In this document: one piece after another, positions 9,161-18,744 of the stretch
How the letters are laid out: each line of letters starts with the position of its first letter
How positions within the stretch are numbered: the first letter of the stretch is position 1
Notes under the pieces: model-generated
Seen by the model: only the letters and a program-made list of their open reading frames with translations
Database searches by the model: none
What the model was told of the DNA's origin: nothing
Assembly (NCBI GenBank): GCA_030531905.1
Contig: JAUNMG010000006.1
Span: 1 to 59,007 of the forward strand
Source: a bacterium
GTDB lineage: Bacteria > Bacillota_I > Bacilli_A > RF39 > UBA660
Reading direction: 5' to 3'
Length of the DNA: 59,007 bases
Position numbers and translations under genes: made by a program

Positions 9161-9164
9161 TTTT

Positions 9165-9716
9165 ATGAATGTATTTATAGGTTGTGGTTCTGAAATAGTA
9201 GATGATAAATTTTATAAAAATAGTTTATCATTAGTTGCAAAACTAGCGGCAATTGAAGATATCAATCTAGTATTTGGTGCTTACCATAATGGTTTAATGG
9301 GAAGTTGTTATGATATTTTTAAAAATCATAACAAAAAAGTCTGCGGAGTAACCCTTAAAATTTATAAGGATCAACTTGATGATTTGGATTTAGATGAGAC
9401 AATTATAGTAGAAACATCAATGGATAGAATGAGAGAAATTTATCAAAAAAGTGATGTTTTACTATTTTTACCGGGAGGACTTGGAACTTATACAGAAATA
9501 CTATCTTCTATTGAAGAATCTAGAACTAAAGAAGATGATAAATTAATTATTTTATATAATGATGATTTTTTCTATTCACCACTTATAAAAGAAATGTTTT
9601 GGTTATATGAGAAAAAATTCGCCAAAAAAAGCATTGGTGAGTATGTTAGAATAGAGAGTAAAGAAGAAGAGATTGTTAAATTAATCGAAAAGGAGAGAGA
9701 ATTATGGAACAATTAA
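9165..9716 (+). CDS. LOG-family nucleotide phosphoribohydrolase
   Basis: [28 protein letters not shown] signature. Confidence 0.85.
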   Translation: MNVFIGCGSEIVDDKFYKNSLSLVAKLAAIEDINLVFGAYHNGLMGSCYDIFKNHNKKVCGVTLKIYKDQLDDLDLDETIIVETSMDRMREIYQKSDVLLFLPGGLGTYTEILSSIEESRTKEDDKLIILYNDDFFYSPLIKEMFWLYEKKFAKKSIGEYVRIESKEEEIVKLIEKERELWNN

Positions 9717-11080
9717 CAATGGAAAAATTAGTAAATTATGCTAAACAATATGGATATATCTTTCAAGGAAGTGAAATATATGGAGGACTTGCAAATACTT
9801 GGGATTATGGTCCATTAGGAAAAGAATTAAAAGATAATATTAAAAATGCATGGCATAAAAAATTTATTCAAGAAAATAGATATAATTATGGATTAGATGC
9901 TGCTATACTTATGAATCCAGAAGTGTGGGTAGCAAGTGGACATGTCGCAAGTTTTTCTGATCCTTTAATAGATTGTAAAAATTGTAAAACACGTCATCGT
10001 GCAGATAAATTAATTGAAGAATTTACTAAGGGTGAAGAAACAGGTGATGGTTGGAGTAATGAAAAATTAGAAGAATTTATCAAAGAAAACAATATTACTT
10101 GTCCTCATTGTGGTAAGAGTGATTTCACATCAATTAGACAATTTAACTTATTATTTGAAACTCATATGGGTGTTACTAATGATAGTCAAAGTAAAGTTTA
10201 TTTAAGAGGAGAAACTGCTCAAGGAATATTTGTTAACTTTTCTAATGTATATCGTTCTATGAGAGCAAAATTACCATTTGGTATTGGACAAGTTGGTAAA
10301 GCATTTAGAAATGAAATTACTCCTGGTAACTTTATTTTTAGAACTAGAGAATTTGAACAAATGGAATTAGAATTTTTCTGTAAACCAGGAACTGATTTAG
10401 AATGGTTTGAATACTGGAAAAAATATTGTCTTGATTTTTTGAAAAGCTTAGGATTAAGAGAAGAAAATTTAAGATATAGAGATCATGAAAAAGATGAATT
10501 AGTATTCTATAGTGCTGCAACTACTGATATTGAATATAACTATCCAATGGGATGGGGAGAATTATGGGGAGTAGCAGATCGTACTAATTATGATTTAGGT
10601 GTACATGAGGCACATTCTAAGGCTGATTTAAAATACTTAGATCCAGAAACTAATGAGAAATATTTACCATATGTAATTGAACCATCTGTAGGAGTAGATA
10701 GACTTTTATTAGCTGTTTTAGCAGATAGCTATCACGTAGAAGAGTTAGAAAACGATACAAGAGAAGTATTAAAACTACATCCAGCTTTAGCGCCATTCAA
10801 AGTAGCTGTTTTACCACTTGTTAAAAAATATCATTCAGAAAAAGCAAATGAAGTATATCAAACTTTATCAAAATACTTTATGACTAGTTATGATGAGGCT
10901 GGTTCTATTGGAAAAAGATATAGAAGATGTGATGCTGTTGGAACACCATTTGCAATAACAATTGATGATGAGACAATAAATAATAATACAGTTACTGTAA
11001 GAGATAGAGATACTATGGAACAAATAACTCTAAACTTAGACGAAGTAGTAAAATATGTAGAAGAAAAGATTAAATTTTAG
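9704..11080 (+). CDS. glyQS: Glycine--tRNA ligase (homodimeric alpha2 type)
   Basis: [58 protein letters not shown], anticodon-binding domain. Confidence 0.97.
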   Translation: MEQLTMEKLVNYAKQYGYIFQGSEIYGGLANTWDYGPLGKELKDNIKNAWHKKFIQENRYNYGLDAAILMNPEVWVASGHVASFSDPLIDCKNCKTRHRADKLIEEFTKGEETGDGWSNEKLEEFIKENNITCPHCGKSDFTSIRQFNLLFETHMGVTNDSQSKVYLRGETAQGIFVNFSNVYRSMRAKLPFGIGQVGKAFRNEITPGNFIFRTREFEQMELEFFCKPGTDLEWFEYWKKYCLDFLKSLGLREENLRYRDHEKDELVFYSAATTDIEYNYPMGWGELWGVADRTNYDLGVHEAHSKADLKYLDPETNEKYLPYVIEPSVGVDRLLLAVLADSYHVEELENDTREVLKLHPALAPFKVAVLPLVKKYHSEKANEVYQTLSKYFMTSYDEAGSIGKRYRRCDAVGTPFAITIDDETINNNTVTVRDRDTMEQITLNLDEVVKYVEEKIKF

Positions 11081-11086
11081 GAGGTT

Positions 11087-11821
11087 ATGATGAAACCAGT
11101 AATTGGGGTACCATTGAGATATGAGCACTCTAAAGAAGGAAAGTGTATTCTTTATGTAACAGAAATGGTAAGAAGAACACTTCAAAAAGCAGGAGGAGAT
11201 GTTTTTGTTATACCTCCAGTTCAAGATGTTAACTATATGGATACAAGAGGTAATGAATTTGCCGAACTTACTTTAGAAGAGAAAAAAATAATTAATGATA
11301 ATTTAAATAAATGTGATGGATTATTTTTACCAGGAGGAGTTAAATTTACTCCCTATGATAGATATATGCTTGAATGCGCTATTGAAAAAAAGATACCAAC
11401 ATTAGGTGTTTGCTTAAGTATGCAAATGATGAGTTGCTATCAAGAAGATGTAAAAACAGAAATTAATGAAACAGAAATAAATCATGATCAGGAAAATTAT
11501 GATATCTTAACTCATAAGATATATATAAATGAAAATTCTAAACTTTTTGAAATTGTTGGTGAAACAGAAATTATGGTTAATAGTTTTCATAAATATCATG
11601 CTTTAGAAAATCACATTTATAAAACAGTTGCAACAAGTGAAGATGGATTAATAGAGGGAATAGAATATCCAGCAAATTTTTTCAATATAGGTTTACAATG
11701 GCATCCGGAAATTAGCTATGACTTTGATGAAAATTCAAAAAAAATAATAGATTATTTTATTAACGAAACTGAGAAATTCCAGCTAAAAAGGATAGATTCT
11801 ATTAAAGAAAAAGCAGTGTAG
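11087..11821 (+). CDS. Peptidase C26 / gamma-glutamyl-GABA hydrolase family glutamine amidotransferase
   Basis: [16 protein letters not shown] nucleophile, VNSFH, GLQWHPE. Confidence 0.9.
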   Translation: MMKPVIGVPLRYEHSKEGKCILYVTEMVRRTLQKAGGDVFVIPPVQDVNYMDTRGNEFAELTLEEKKIINDNLNKCDGLFLPGGVKFTPYDRYMLECAIEKKIPTLGVCLSMQMMSCYQEDVKTEINETEINHDQENYDILTHKIYINENSKLFEIVGETEIMVNSFHKYHALENHIYKTVATSEDGLIEGIEYPANFFNIGLQWHPEISYDFDENSKKIIDYFINETEKFQLKRIDSIKEKAV

Positions 11822-11931
11822 AGTAATAAATGATTACAAAAAGGTTAGTTAAATAATCAATCTTTTTTTGCTTAAAATTTGATAGAACATAATTATATGC
11901 TATAATATTCGCTAACGAAAGGAGGTTAATT

Positions 11932-12735
11932 ATGTCAAATTTTAATATGTCATTAAATGCAACAAGTGCATTATTAGATATAAATGAAAGATTAAAAAAC
12001 AAAGAAGTCGATAATAATAATTTATTAACTGGTCATCGAATTAATCATAAAACTGATTTAGAACAATTAGATACAGCAAAGGTAGTATTTAGTGAGCATG
12101 CATTTAAAAAAATTATTGATTTTATGAATAAGACAATCAATAATGATTTTACAGAATTCGGCACATATTTTTATGGAAAGGTATTGAATAATATATTATA
12201 TGTTGAAGGATATTTAACTGATTTTGAACATTCGGATGGAATATATGAATCAGGTGCAGTAGAAGTTACTGATGAAAATCTTAAAGAATTAGACTTAATG
12301 ACAGAAAAAACTGATGAAAATTCCAATCCTTTTGATATTGTTATGCATTTTCATACTCATCCAGACCATGTCAAGGATAAAAATGGAAATATTATAACTC
12401 CTGCATCACTATTATATTCAGAAAATGATTTATATTCATATGCATATCATCAAAAATATTTACAACCAAATTCTAATAATAGTGTTATATTTTTAGGCTG
12501 TTTACTTCCTGCAAATAATGGATATCCTCAAATCAACTGCGTATATTATGATACAATTAAGGAAAATTTTGTTAATATTCCTAATATTTATTATATGTAC
12601 AAAAATGATGTACATAAATTCAATAATAATCAAATAGATGATAATATTATAATTTCAAAAGAAGAAGCACAAAAAATAAAATCAAAAGTAAAAAAATATA
12701 GAGAAAATACAACAAAAAAAATAAATACTATCTAA
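11932..12735 (+). CDS. Putative JAB/MPN (JAMM) metallo-isopeptidase-domain protein
   Basis: VFSEHAFKKI, EFGTYFYG, MHFHTHP and S-E-N-D motifs in MPN order; strong RBS AAAGGAGG and own extended -10. Confidence 0.6.
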   Translation: MSNFNMSLNATSALLDINERLKNKEVDNNNLLTGHRINHKTDLEQLDTAKVVFSEHAFKKIIDFMNKTINNDFTEFGTYFYGKVLNNILYVEGYLTDFEHSDGIYESGAVEVTDENLKELDLMTEKTDENSNPFDIVMHFHTHPDHVKDKNGNIITPASLLYSENDLYSYAYHQKYLQPNSNNSVIFLGCLLPANNGYPQINCVYYDTIKENFVNIPNIYYMYKNDVHKFNNNQIDDNIIISKEEAQKIKSKVKKYRENTTKKINTI

Positions 12736-12992
12736 ATATAGAAAAACAGAAAAATACAAAAAAGTTAGTTTAATAGTTAAATGCAATTTGTATTAAATTA
12801 TTGATATTTAAGGGTATAATGCAATTTATAACTTTATTTTTTATGAAAATATGTATAATAAATAGTGAAAAAGGAAATTTATTGCACTATGAAAACGAGT
12901 TTACATTTTTATTTTCAAATTAAATGCAACTTTTAGAAAAGATAAATTATAACTTGCATTTACTTCTTTAAACAACAAAAAATAGAAAAAAC

Positions 12993-13021
12993 TTGACTTT
13001 TATAATCATTTATAGTATAAT
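12993..13021 (+). promoter_or_regulatory. sigma-A promoter
   Basis: TTGACT, 17 nt, TATAAT. Confidence 0.75.
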
Positions 13022-13049
13022 GTGTATACATTTTGAGGGGGAATATAAA

Positions 13050-13892
13050 ATGGTAAAATATAATTTAAAATTAGTTGATTCTAAAAATATTTATGGAACC
13101 ATGAATAGTGGAACTATTAAATTAAGTAATATTACAAATGACGATAAAGATATGCTTTTGTATAAAAATGATTTAAGACCTAGTGAGTTAGACACTTATC
13201 AGTTTACAAAATCTGATAAAAGTATGATATTTGCAAATCATAGGAGATCTTTTGCAGAAGCAAATGGATTTGATTGGCGCAAGATGTTTATGGCTGATCA
13301 AAAAACTAAAGATGGTAGTTACTTTGAAATAACTAAAGACTATGTTGAAGCTAATCCAAATGGATGGACTGATATTGATGAAGATATTTTAATTATTACT
13401 GATAAAGTTCCAGGAGTAGTTGTTGGACATCCTGTAGCAGATTGTCCTGTTGTTGTTATGGAAGACAGAAGCAAAGGTGTTACAGCAGTAGCTCACTGTT
13501 CTGCAGATTTAATTGATAAAAAAATGCCAATGATGGTTGCTGATGCATTAAAAGAAGCTTATAACAGTAAAGATGAAGATATTATTGCTTATGTGTCTGC
13601 TTGTGCTGGTGATAGTTGGACTTATGATACATATCCTTCTTGGGCTACAGATAAGAAATTATGGGATAAAGGCATAATCGAAGATAAAAATGGAATTTTC
13701 CATATTAATTTAAGAAAAGCAATTCAAGAAGAGATGAGAGAAAGAAATATTCAAAATGTAACATATAATAAAAATGATACTATTACTAATCCTGAATATT
13801 ATTCTAATAGTGCAGCAAGTCCTTATGGTTTAAATGATCAATCTAAATTTGGACGTAACTTCTGTGGTGCATTCTACAAAGTTAAAAAATAA
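13050..13892 (+). CDS. YfiH/PgeF (polyphenol-oxidase/laccase-domain, purine nucleoside phosphorylase) family
   Basis: ADCPVVVMED..AVAHC, YYSNS, GRNFCGA; ATG 13050 follows GAGGGGG. The track start at 12993 is the -35 box. Confidence 0.75.
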   Translation: MVKYNLKLVDSKNIYGTMNSGTIKLSNITNDDKDMLLYKNDLRPSELDTYQFTKSDKSMIFANHRRSFAEANGFDWRKMFMADQKTKDGSYFEITKDYVEANPNGWTDIDEDILIITDKVPGVVVGHPVADCPVVVMEDRSKGVTAVAHCSADLIDKKMPMMVADALKEAYNSKDEDIIAYVSACAGDSWTYDTYPSWATDKKLWDKGIIEDKNGIFHINLRKAIQEEMRERNIQNVTYNKNDTITNPEYYSNSAASPYGLNDQSKFGRNFCGAFYKVKK

Positions 13893-13904
13893 AATAATTA
13901 TAAC

Positions 13905-13932
13905 AAAAATCCATTTTATGTGGATTTTTTTC
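13905..13932 (+). terminator. Intrinsic terminator
   Basis: AAAAATCCA-TTTTATG-TGGATTTTT followed by T. Confidence 0.65.
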
Positions 13933-13986
13933 TTGTTCATTAGAATTAAATTTGGTATTATATATGGTAATTATTGAGGTGAAAAG

Positions 13987-15207
13987 ATGAGAGAATTAGA
14001 AGAAAAATATATTGAATTAATTTTAAGAAAATGTCTTAATTTTGATGATAGTAAATCTTTAATGATAAATTGTGATTTTAAAGAACATATTCCTTTCGCA
14101 TTAAGGGTTAAAGAAAAAGCAAATGAGATGGGAATATTTGATGTTTGTATAAATGTTAATGATTTAGATGAAATTCATGATTATTTAAAGAATACTTCAG
14201 TTGAAGATATAAAATTGAATCCACTTATCGATAGAACAAATTGGAATACTTATGCCTTAAAAGGAGGTTCTTTGTTATTCTTAACTTCTACAGTTCCAGG
14301 TTTAATGAATGATATTGGTGAAGATAAAATAGCAAAATGGGTAAGTGAAAGAGAAAAAACCACACCATATTATAGAAAAAATGTCAGTAAATATACTTTT
14401 CCTTGGACAATAGTTGCCCTTCCTAATGAAAGATGGGCTAAGACAGTCTTCAAGGATGATGATGAAGCATATCAAAAATTATTCTATATGATTATGGAAA
14501 TGTGTATGGTTGATAGAGATGATCCTATTGCTGCTTGGGATGAATATATAGAAACTAATAACAAGTATAAAGAAAAATTAAATAATCTTAACATTAGAAA
14601 GATGCATTATACAAATTCACTTGGTACAGATTTATATATCGAGTTACCCGATAAAAATATCTGGATGAATTTGGATAAGCAAAATGATTTAGGAAGATCT
14701 TTAATTGTAAATATGCCAAGCTATGAAATATTTACTTCACCTGACTATAGAAAAACAAATGGAATTGTCTATGCCAGTAAACCTTTATATTATAATGATG
14801 TTTGTATTAATGATTTTTACATAGAGTTTAAAGATGGCAAGGCTGTTTCTTGCTATGCAAAAGAAGGACAAAAGACTTTGGAAAAAATAATCACCTCTGA
14901 AGAGAAAGCAGCTTATTTAGGAGAAGTAGCATTAGTTGCATATGATTCACCTATATCTAATATGGGTTTAGTCTTTAATAGAACATTATTCGATGAAAAT
15001 GCTTCATGTCATCTAGCCCTTGGGGGAGGTTTTGTTAAAAGTATATATAATAGCAAAAACTTAAGTGAAGAAGAATTAATTAAAAAAGGCTTAAATATAT
15101 GTGCTACTCATGTTGACTTTATGATAGGAACAAGTGACTTACAAATAGAAGCTGAAACGAATCAAGGTAAGAAATTAATTTTTAAAAAGGGAAATTTTAA
15201 TCTCTAA
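13987..15207 (+). CDS. Aminopeptidase, M29 family (AmpS/PepS)
   Basis: NMPSYEIFTSP, LGEVALV, LFDENASCHLALG, HVDFMIG. Confidence 0.93.
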   Translation: MRELEEKYIELILRKCLNFDDSKSLMINCDFKEHIPFALRVKEKANEMGIFDVCINVNDLDEIHDYLKNTSVEDIKLNPLIDRTNWNTYALKGGSLLFLTSTVPGLMNDIGEDKIAKWVSEREKTTPYYRKNVSKYTFPWTIVALPNERWAKTVFKDDDEAYQKLFYMIMEMCMVDRDDPIAAWDEYIETNNKYKEKLNNLNIRKMHYTNSLGTDLYIELPDKNIWMNLDKQNDLGRSLIVNMPSYEIFTSPDYRKTNGIVYASKPLYYNDVCINDFYIEFKDGKAVSCYAKEGQKTLEKIITSEEKAAYLGEVALVAYDSPISNMGLVFNRTLFDENASCHLALGGGFVKSIYNSKNLSEEELIKKGLNICATHVDFMIGTSDLQIEAETNQGKKLIFKKGNFNL

Positions 15208-15222
15208 AATATGAAAAAAGTG

Positions 15223-15251
15223 TTGACTTTTAATAGCTTTAAGCATATAAT
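15223..15251 (+). promoter_or_regulatory. sigma-A promoter of the infC operon
   Basis: TTGACT, 17 nt, TATAAT. Confidence 0.8.
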
Positions 15252-15257
15252 TATATC

Positions 15258-15385
15258 AGTCAAGAAAAAGGAAAGCGATTTATATCCACCTGAGTAGCGA
15301 ATAGCACTAGGTAAAAAGCCAATTAATATAATTAAAATTATAGGTTTTTAAGTGGGTATAAATTTATATCCACTTTTCTTATTTT
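15258..15385 (+). promoter_or_regulatory. L20 leader (infC-rpmI-rplT attenuator)
   Basis: ATTTATATCCAC occurs twice, so AAGTGGGTATAAAT can pair with either copy (antiterminator versus terminator plus T run); CACCTGA motif; position before infC. Confidence 0.75.
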
Positions 15386-15400
15386 ATGGAGGTGTTAGTT

Positions 15401-15931
15401 ATCGCAAACAATAAAGATAACATGCTGATCAATGATCAGATTAAAGCTCGAGAAGTTTTAGTAATTGGGCCAAATGGTGAACAAGTAGGAGTAAAGTCTA
15501 TTGAAGATGCTAAGACTTTAGCAAATTATGCTTCTTTGGATTTAGTTCTTATTAGTCCTAATGCTAATCCGCCTGTTTGTAAAGTAATGGATTATAATAA
15601 GTTCCGTTATGAAAAACAAAAGAAAGCTAAGGAAGCATTAAAAAAACAAAAGGCTAATATGTCTGAGTTAAAGGAATTTCGCCTATCACCTGTAATTGAT
15701 ATTGGAGACTTTGAAACTAAACTTAGAAATGCTACTAAGTATTTACAAAAGGGTGACAAAGTTAAATTAACAATTAGATTCAAGGGTAGACAAATGGCTC
15801 ATACCGAATTAGGAAAAGAGGTTTTATTACGCTTTGCTTCAAAAGTAGAGAACTATGCTGAAGTAGGTGAAATGCCTAAGCTTGACGGTAGAACTATGAC
15901 AATGATGTTATTACCAAAGAAAGAAAAATAG
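15401..15931 (+). CDS. infC: Translation initiation factor IF-3 (probable ATC start)
   Basis: INDQIKAREV, PPVCKVMDY, KEFRLSP, FKGRQMAH; GGAGGTG lies 6 nt before ATC 15401. Confidence 0.95.
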   Translation: MANNKDNMLINDQIKAREVLVIGPNGEQVGVKSIEDAKTLANYASLDLVLISPNANPPVCKVMDYNKFRYEKQKKAKEALKKQKANMSELKEFRLSPVIDIGDFETKLRNATKYLQKGDKVKLTIRFKGRQMAHTELGKEVLLRFASKVENYAEVGEMPKLDGRTMTMMLLPKKEK

Positions 15932-15946
15932 TAGGAGGAAATAATT

Positions 15947-16135
15947 ATGCCAAAAATTAAAACACATAAAGGTAGTGCAAAAGTTTTTAGAACAAATAAA
16001 AACAAAGTTGTTAAAATTGGAAAACCAGGAAGTAGACATAATACTGGTTCTAAATCATCAAACTTCAATAGAAGTTGTAGAAAGGGATCTACTTTATCTA
16101 AAGCAGATTACAACAGATTAAAAAATATTATTTAA
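15947..16135 (+). CDS. rpmI: 50S ribosomal protein L35 (divergent)
   Basis: MPKIKTHKG start, 62 aa, between infC and rplT. Confidence 0.9.
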   Translation: MPKIKTHKGSAKVFRTNKNKVVKIGKPGSRHNTGSKSSNFNRSCRKGSTLSKADYNRLKNII

Positions 16136-16161
16136 TTTAGAAGTATTAAGGAGGAAATAAA

Positions 16162-16758
16162 ATGGCAAGAGTAAAGAATGGAGCTGTTACAAAAGCTCGT
16201 CATAAAAAAGTATTAAAACAAGCTAAAGGTTACTTTGGTAGTAAACATAGATTATATAAAACTGCTAAAGAACAATTAATGCATTCAGGTCAATATGCAT
16301 TTAGAGACAGAAAACAAAAGAAGAGAGATTTCAGAAAGTTATGGATTACAAGAATCAATGCTGCATGTCGTCAAAATGACATTAGTTATTCAAGATTTAT
16401 TGAAGGATTAACTAAAGCTGGTGTTGAAGTAAACCGTAAAATGTTATCAGAAATCGCTATCAGCAATCCAGAAGCATTTACTGAATTAGTAAAAGTTGCT
16501 CGTGATGGAAAAGCTGGAAAAGCAAAAGCAAACAAAACTGAAATTTTAAAAGAAGTTACTATTGAAGGAACAAAAGCAGTTAAGAAAGCTGATACTAAGA
16601 AAGTAGAAGCAAAAAAAGAAGAAAAGAAAGAAACTAAAAAAGAAGCAACAGATTATTCAAAAATGACAGTTGCAGAACTTAAAGAAGAAGCAAAAAAACA
16701 AAATATTAAAGGTGCTTCAACAATGAAAAAAGCTGAATTATTAGAAGCTTTAAAATAA
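16162..16758 (+). CDS. rplT: 50S ribosomal protein L20 with C-terminal K/E linker and Rho-N-like domain
   Basis: [43 protein letters not shown]; about 80 extra C-terminal residues. Confidence 0.95.
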   Translation: MARVKNGAVTKARHKKVLKQAKGYFGSKHRLYKTAKEQLMHSGQYAFRDRKQKKRDFRKLWITRINAACRQNDISYSRFIEGLTKAGVEVNRKMLSEIAISNPEAFTELVKVARDGKAGKAKANKTEILKEVTIEGTKAVKKADTKKVEAKKEEKKETKKEATDYSKMTVAELKEEAKKQNIKGASTMKKAELLEALK

Positions 16759-16759
16759 T

Positions 16760-16850
16760 AAACATATTAGCGAATTTATCTACTTCGTGCCTTAAGGGTT
16801 GTAGGTATTAGAAACTAATAGAAGATGAAACGAAAAGGAGAAATTAAAAA
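16760..16850 (+). promoter_or_regulatory. Probable structured rpsB (S2) leader
   Basis: ATCTAC...GTAGGT stem enclosing CCTTAAGG, GAAGATGAA element, RBS AAAGGAG; no terminator visible after rplT. Confidence 0.4.
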
Positions 16851-17822
16851 ATGACAGTAATATCAATGAATTATTTATTAGAAGCTGGTGTACATTTCGG
16901 ACACCAAAAAAGAAGATGGAATCCAAAAATGAAGGAATACATCTATACAACACGTGATGATATTTATATTATCGATTTAGCTAAAACAGTTAAAAAATTA
17001 GAAGAAGCATATGAAGCTTTAAAACAAATCGCTACTGATGGTGGAAAGGTTTTATTTGTTGGAACTAAGAAACAAGCTCAAGAAGCAGTAGAAGAAGCTG
17101 CTGTTAGAACTAACATGTATTTCATGAATGAAAGATGGTTAGGTGGAACTTTAACTAACTTCAAGACAATAAGAAGTAGAATTAAAAGATTAGATGAAAT
17201 TGAAAAAATGGAAGCTGATGGTACTTTTGATTTATTACCTAAAAAAGAAGTAGTTAATATCAAAAAAGAATATGAAAAATTAAATAAAAACTTAAGAGGA
17301 ATCCGTGAGATGAAAAAAGCTCCACAAGCAATGGTTATTGTTGATCCTCGTAAAGAAGAAATCGCAATTAAAGAAGCTCATATTCTAGGAATCCCTGTAT
17401 TTGGTATAGTAGATACTAACTGTGATCCAGATGTTGTTGATTACGTTATTCCAGGAAACGATGATGCAGTTCGTGCTGTTAAATTAATCATAGGAGCACT
17501 TACTAACGCTATCGCTGAAGTTAATGGTAATGAAGTAATTGATTACGTAACAGAAGATGAAAAAACAAAAGATTTCAAAAAGAATTCAAAAAAATCTTTC
17601 AAAGAAGATAAGAAAGAATTCAAAAAAGAAGTAAAAGAAGAAAAAAAAGTTGTTAAAGAAGAAAAGAAGGAAGTAGAAGAAGTTAAAGAAATTTCAAAAG
17701 AAGAAACTACTGACTTATCTAGTCTTACTTTAGCTGACTTAAAAGCAAAAGCAAAAGAAGCTGGAATTAAAGGTTATTCTACTATGAAGAAAAGTGAATT
17801 AGTAGAAGCATTAAATAAATAA
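16851..17822 (+). CDS. rpsB: 30S ribosomal protein S2 with C-terminal K/E linker and Rho-N-like domain
   Basis: [39 protein letters not shown]; long C-terminal extension. Confidence 0.97.
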   Translation: MTVISMNYLLEAGVHFGHQKRRWNPKMKEYIYTTRDDIYIIDLAKTVKKLEEAYEALKQIATDGGKVLFVGTKKQAQEAVEEAAVRTNMYFMNERWLGGTLTNFKTIRSRIKRLDEIEKMEADGTFDLLPKKEVVNIKKEYEKLNKNLRGIREMKKAPQAMVIVDPRKEEIAIKEAHILGIPVFGIVDTNCDPDVVDYVIPGNDDAVRAVKLIIGALTNAIAEVNGNEVIDYVTEDEKTKDFKKNSKKSFKEDKKEFKKEVKEEKKVVKEEKKEVEEVKEISKEETTDLSSLTLADLKAKAKEAGIKGYSTMKKSELVEALNK

Positions 17823-17846
17823 GGATAATTAATAATTGTCCTTTTT
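17821..17846 (+). terminator. Terminator/attenuator hairpin between rpsB and tsf
   Basis: AAGGATAATT-AAT-AATTGTCCTT followed by TTT. Confidence 0.5.
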
Positions 17847-17868
17847 CTAAATATAAGGAGGATTTAAA

Positions 17869-18741
17869 ATGTATAAAGCAAGTGATGTAAAAGAATTAAG
17901 AGAAAAGACTCAAGCTGGTATGCTTGATTGTAAAAAAGCTTTAGAAGCATGTGAAGGAGATATGGATAAAGCAATCGACTGGTTACGTGAAAAGGGTATC
18001 TCTAAAGCTGCTAAAAAAGAAGGAAGAGTAGCTGCTGAAGGTGTATGCCAAATTATAACTTCAGGAAATGAAGCTGTTATCTTAGAAGTTAACTCTGAAA
18101 CTGATTTCGTTGCAAAAAATGAAGAATTTACTAAATTCGTTGATTATGTAGCAAATCTTATTTTAAAAAATGATTTCAGTGATGTTGATTCATTATTAAA
18201 CTATAATGATGAAGGAACAACTGTTAATGACAAATTAATTAACATTATTTCAACTATTGGAGAAAAAATAAGCATTAGACGTTTTAAGAAGGTAGTTAAA
18301 AACGATAATGAAGTGTTTGGAGCATACAAACATATGGGTGGTAGAATTGGTAGTTTAGTTGTTTTAGAAAACACTACTGAAGAAGTTGCTAAAGATGTAG
18401 CAATGCATGCTGCTGCTATGAATCCAACTGCTATAACAAGAGAAGAAGTTCCAGCTGAAATGGTTGAACATGAAGCTCACGTTATCAAAGAACAAGTTAT
18501 GCAAGAAGGAAAACCAGCTGAAATAGCTGAAAAAATGGTTACTGGTAGATTAAATAAATTCTATAAAGAAATTTGTTTAGAAGAACAACCATTTGTTAAA
18601 GATAGTGGTATGACAGTTCTTGATTATGTTAAAAATAATGGTGGTAAGATTGTTTCAATGACTAGATTTGAAGTAGGAGAAGGAATCGAAAAGAAAGAAG
18701 AAAACTTTGCAGAAGAAGTAATGAACCAAATTAAAGGATAA
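17869..18741 (+). CDS. tsf: Elongation factor Ts
   Basis: VKELREKTQAGMLDCKKAL, EVNSETDFVAKN, MHAAA, RFEVGEG. Confidence 0.97.
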   Translation: MYKASDVKELREKTQAGMLDCKKALEACEGDMDKAIDWLREKGISKAAKKEGRVAAEGVCQIITSGNEAVILEVNSETDFVAKNEEFTKFVDYVANLILKNDFSDVDSLLNYNDEGTTVNDKLINIISTIGEKISIRRFKKVVKNDNEVFGAYKHMGGRIGSLVVLENTTEEVAKDVAMHAAAMNPTAITREEVPAEMVEHEAHVIKEQVMQEGKPAEIAEKMVTGRLNKFYKEICLEEQPFVKDSGMTVLDYVKNNGGKIVSMTRFEVGEGIEKKEENFAEEVMNQIKG

Positions 18742-18744
18742 TTA

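Noticed and set aside
12843-12923. 26-aa ORF MKICIINSEKGNLLHYENEFTFLFSN in the intergenic repeat region
   Set aside because: No RBS; consistent with a chance ORF in AT-rich DNA
8149-13892. ART, LOG, JAB and PgeF-like genes as one nucleotide-signalling or defence island
   Set aside because: They are separated by GlyRS, the T-box and their own promoters, and no mobility genes are present; co-occurrence in other genomes would be needed before calling this one system
15386-15400. ATG 15386 as the infC start
   Set aside because: It overlaps the SD and has no SD of its own; ATC 15401 fits IF3 biology better
16648-17822. Rho-N-like segments as evidence of a rho gene or pseudogene
   Set aside because: They are in-frame C-termini of intact rplT and rpsB; no Rho RNA-binding or ATPase domain is present
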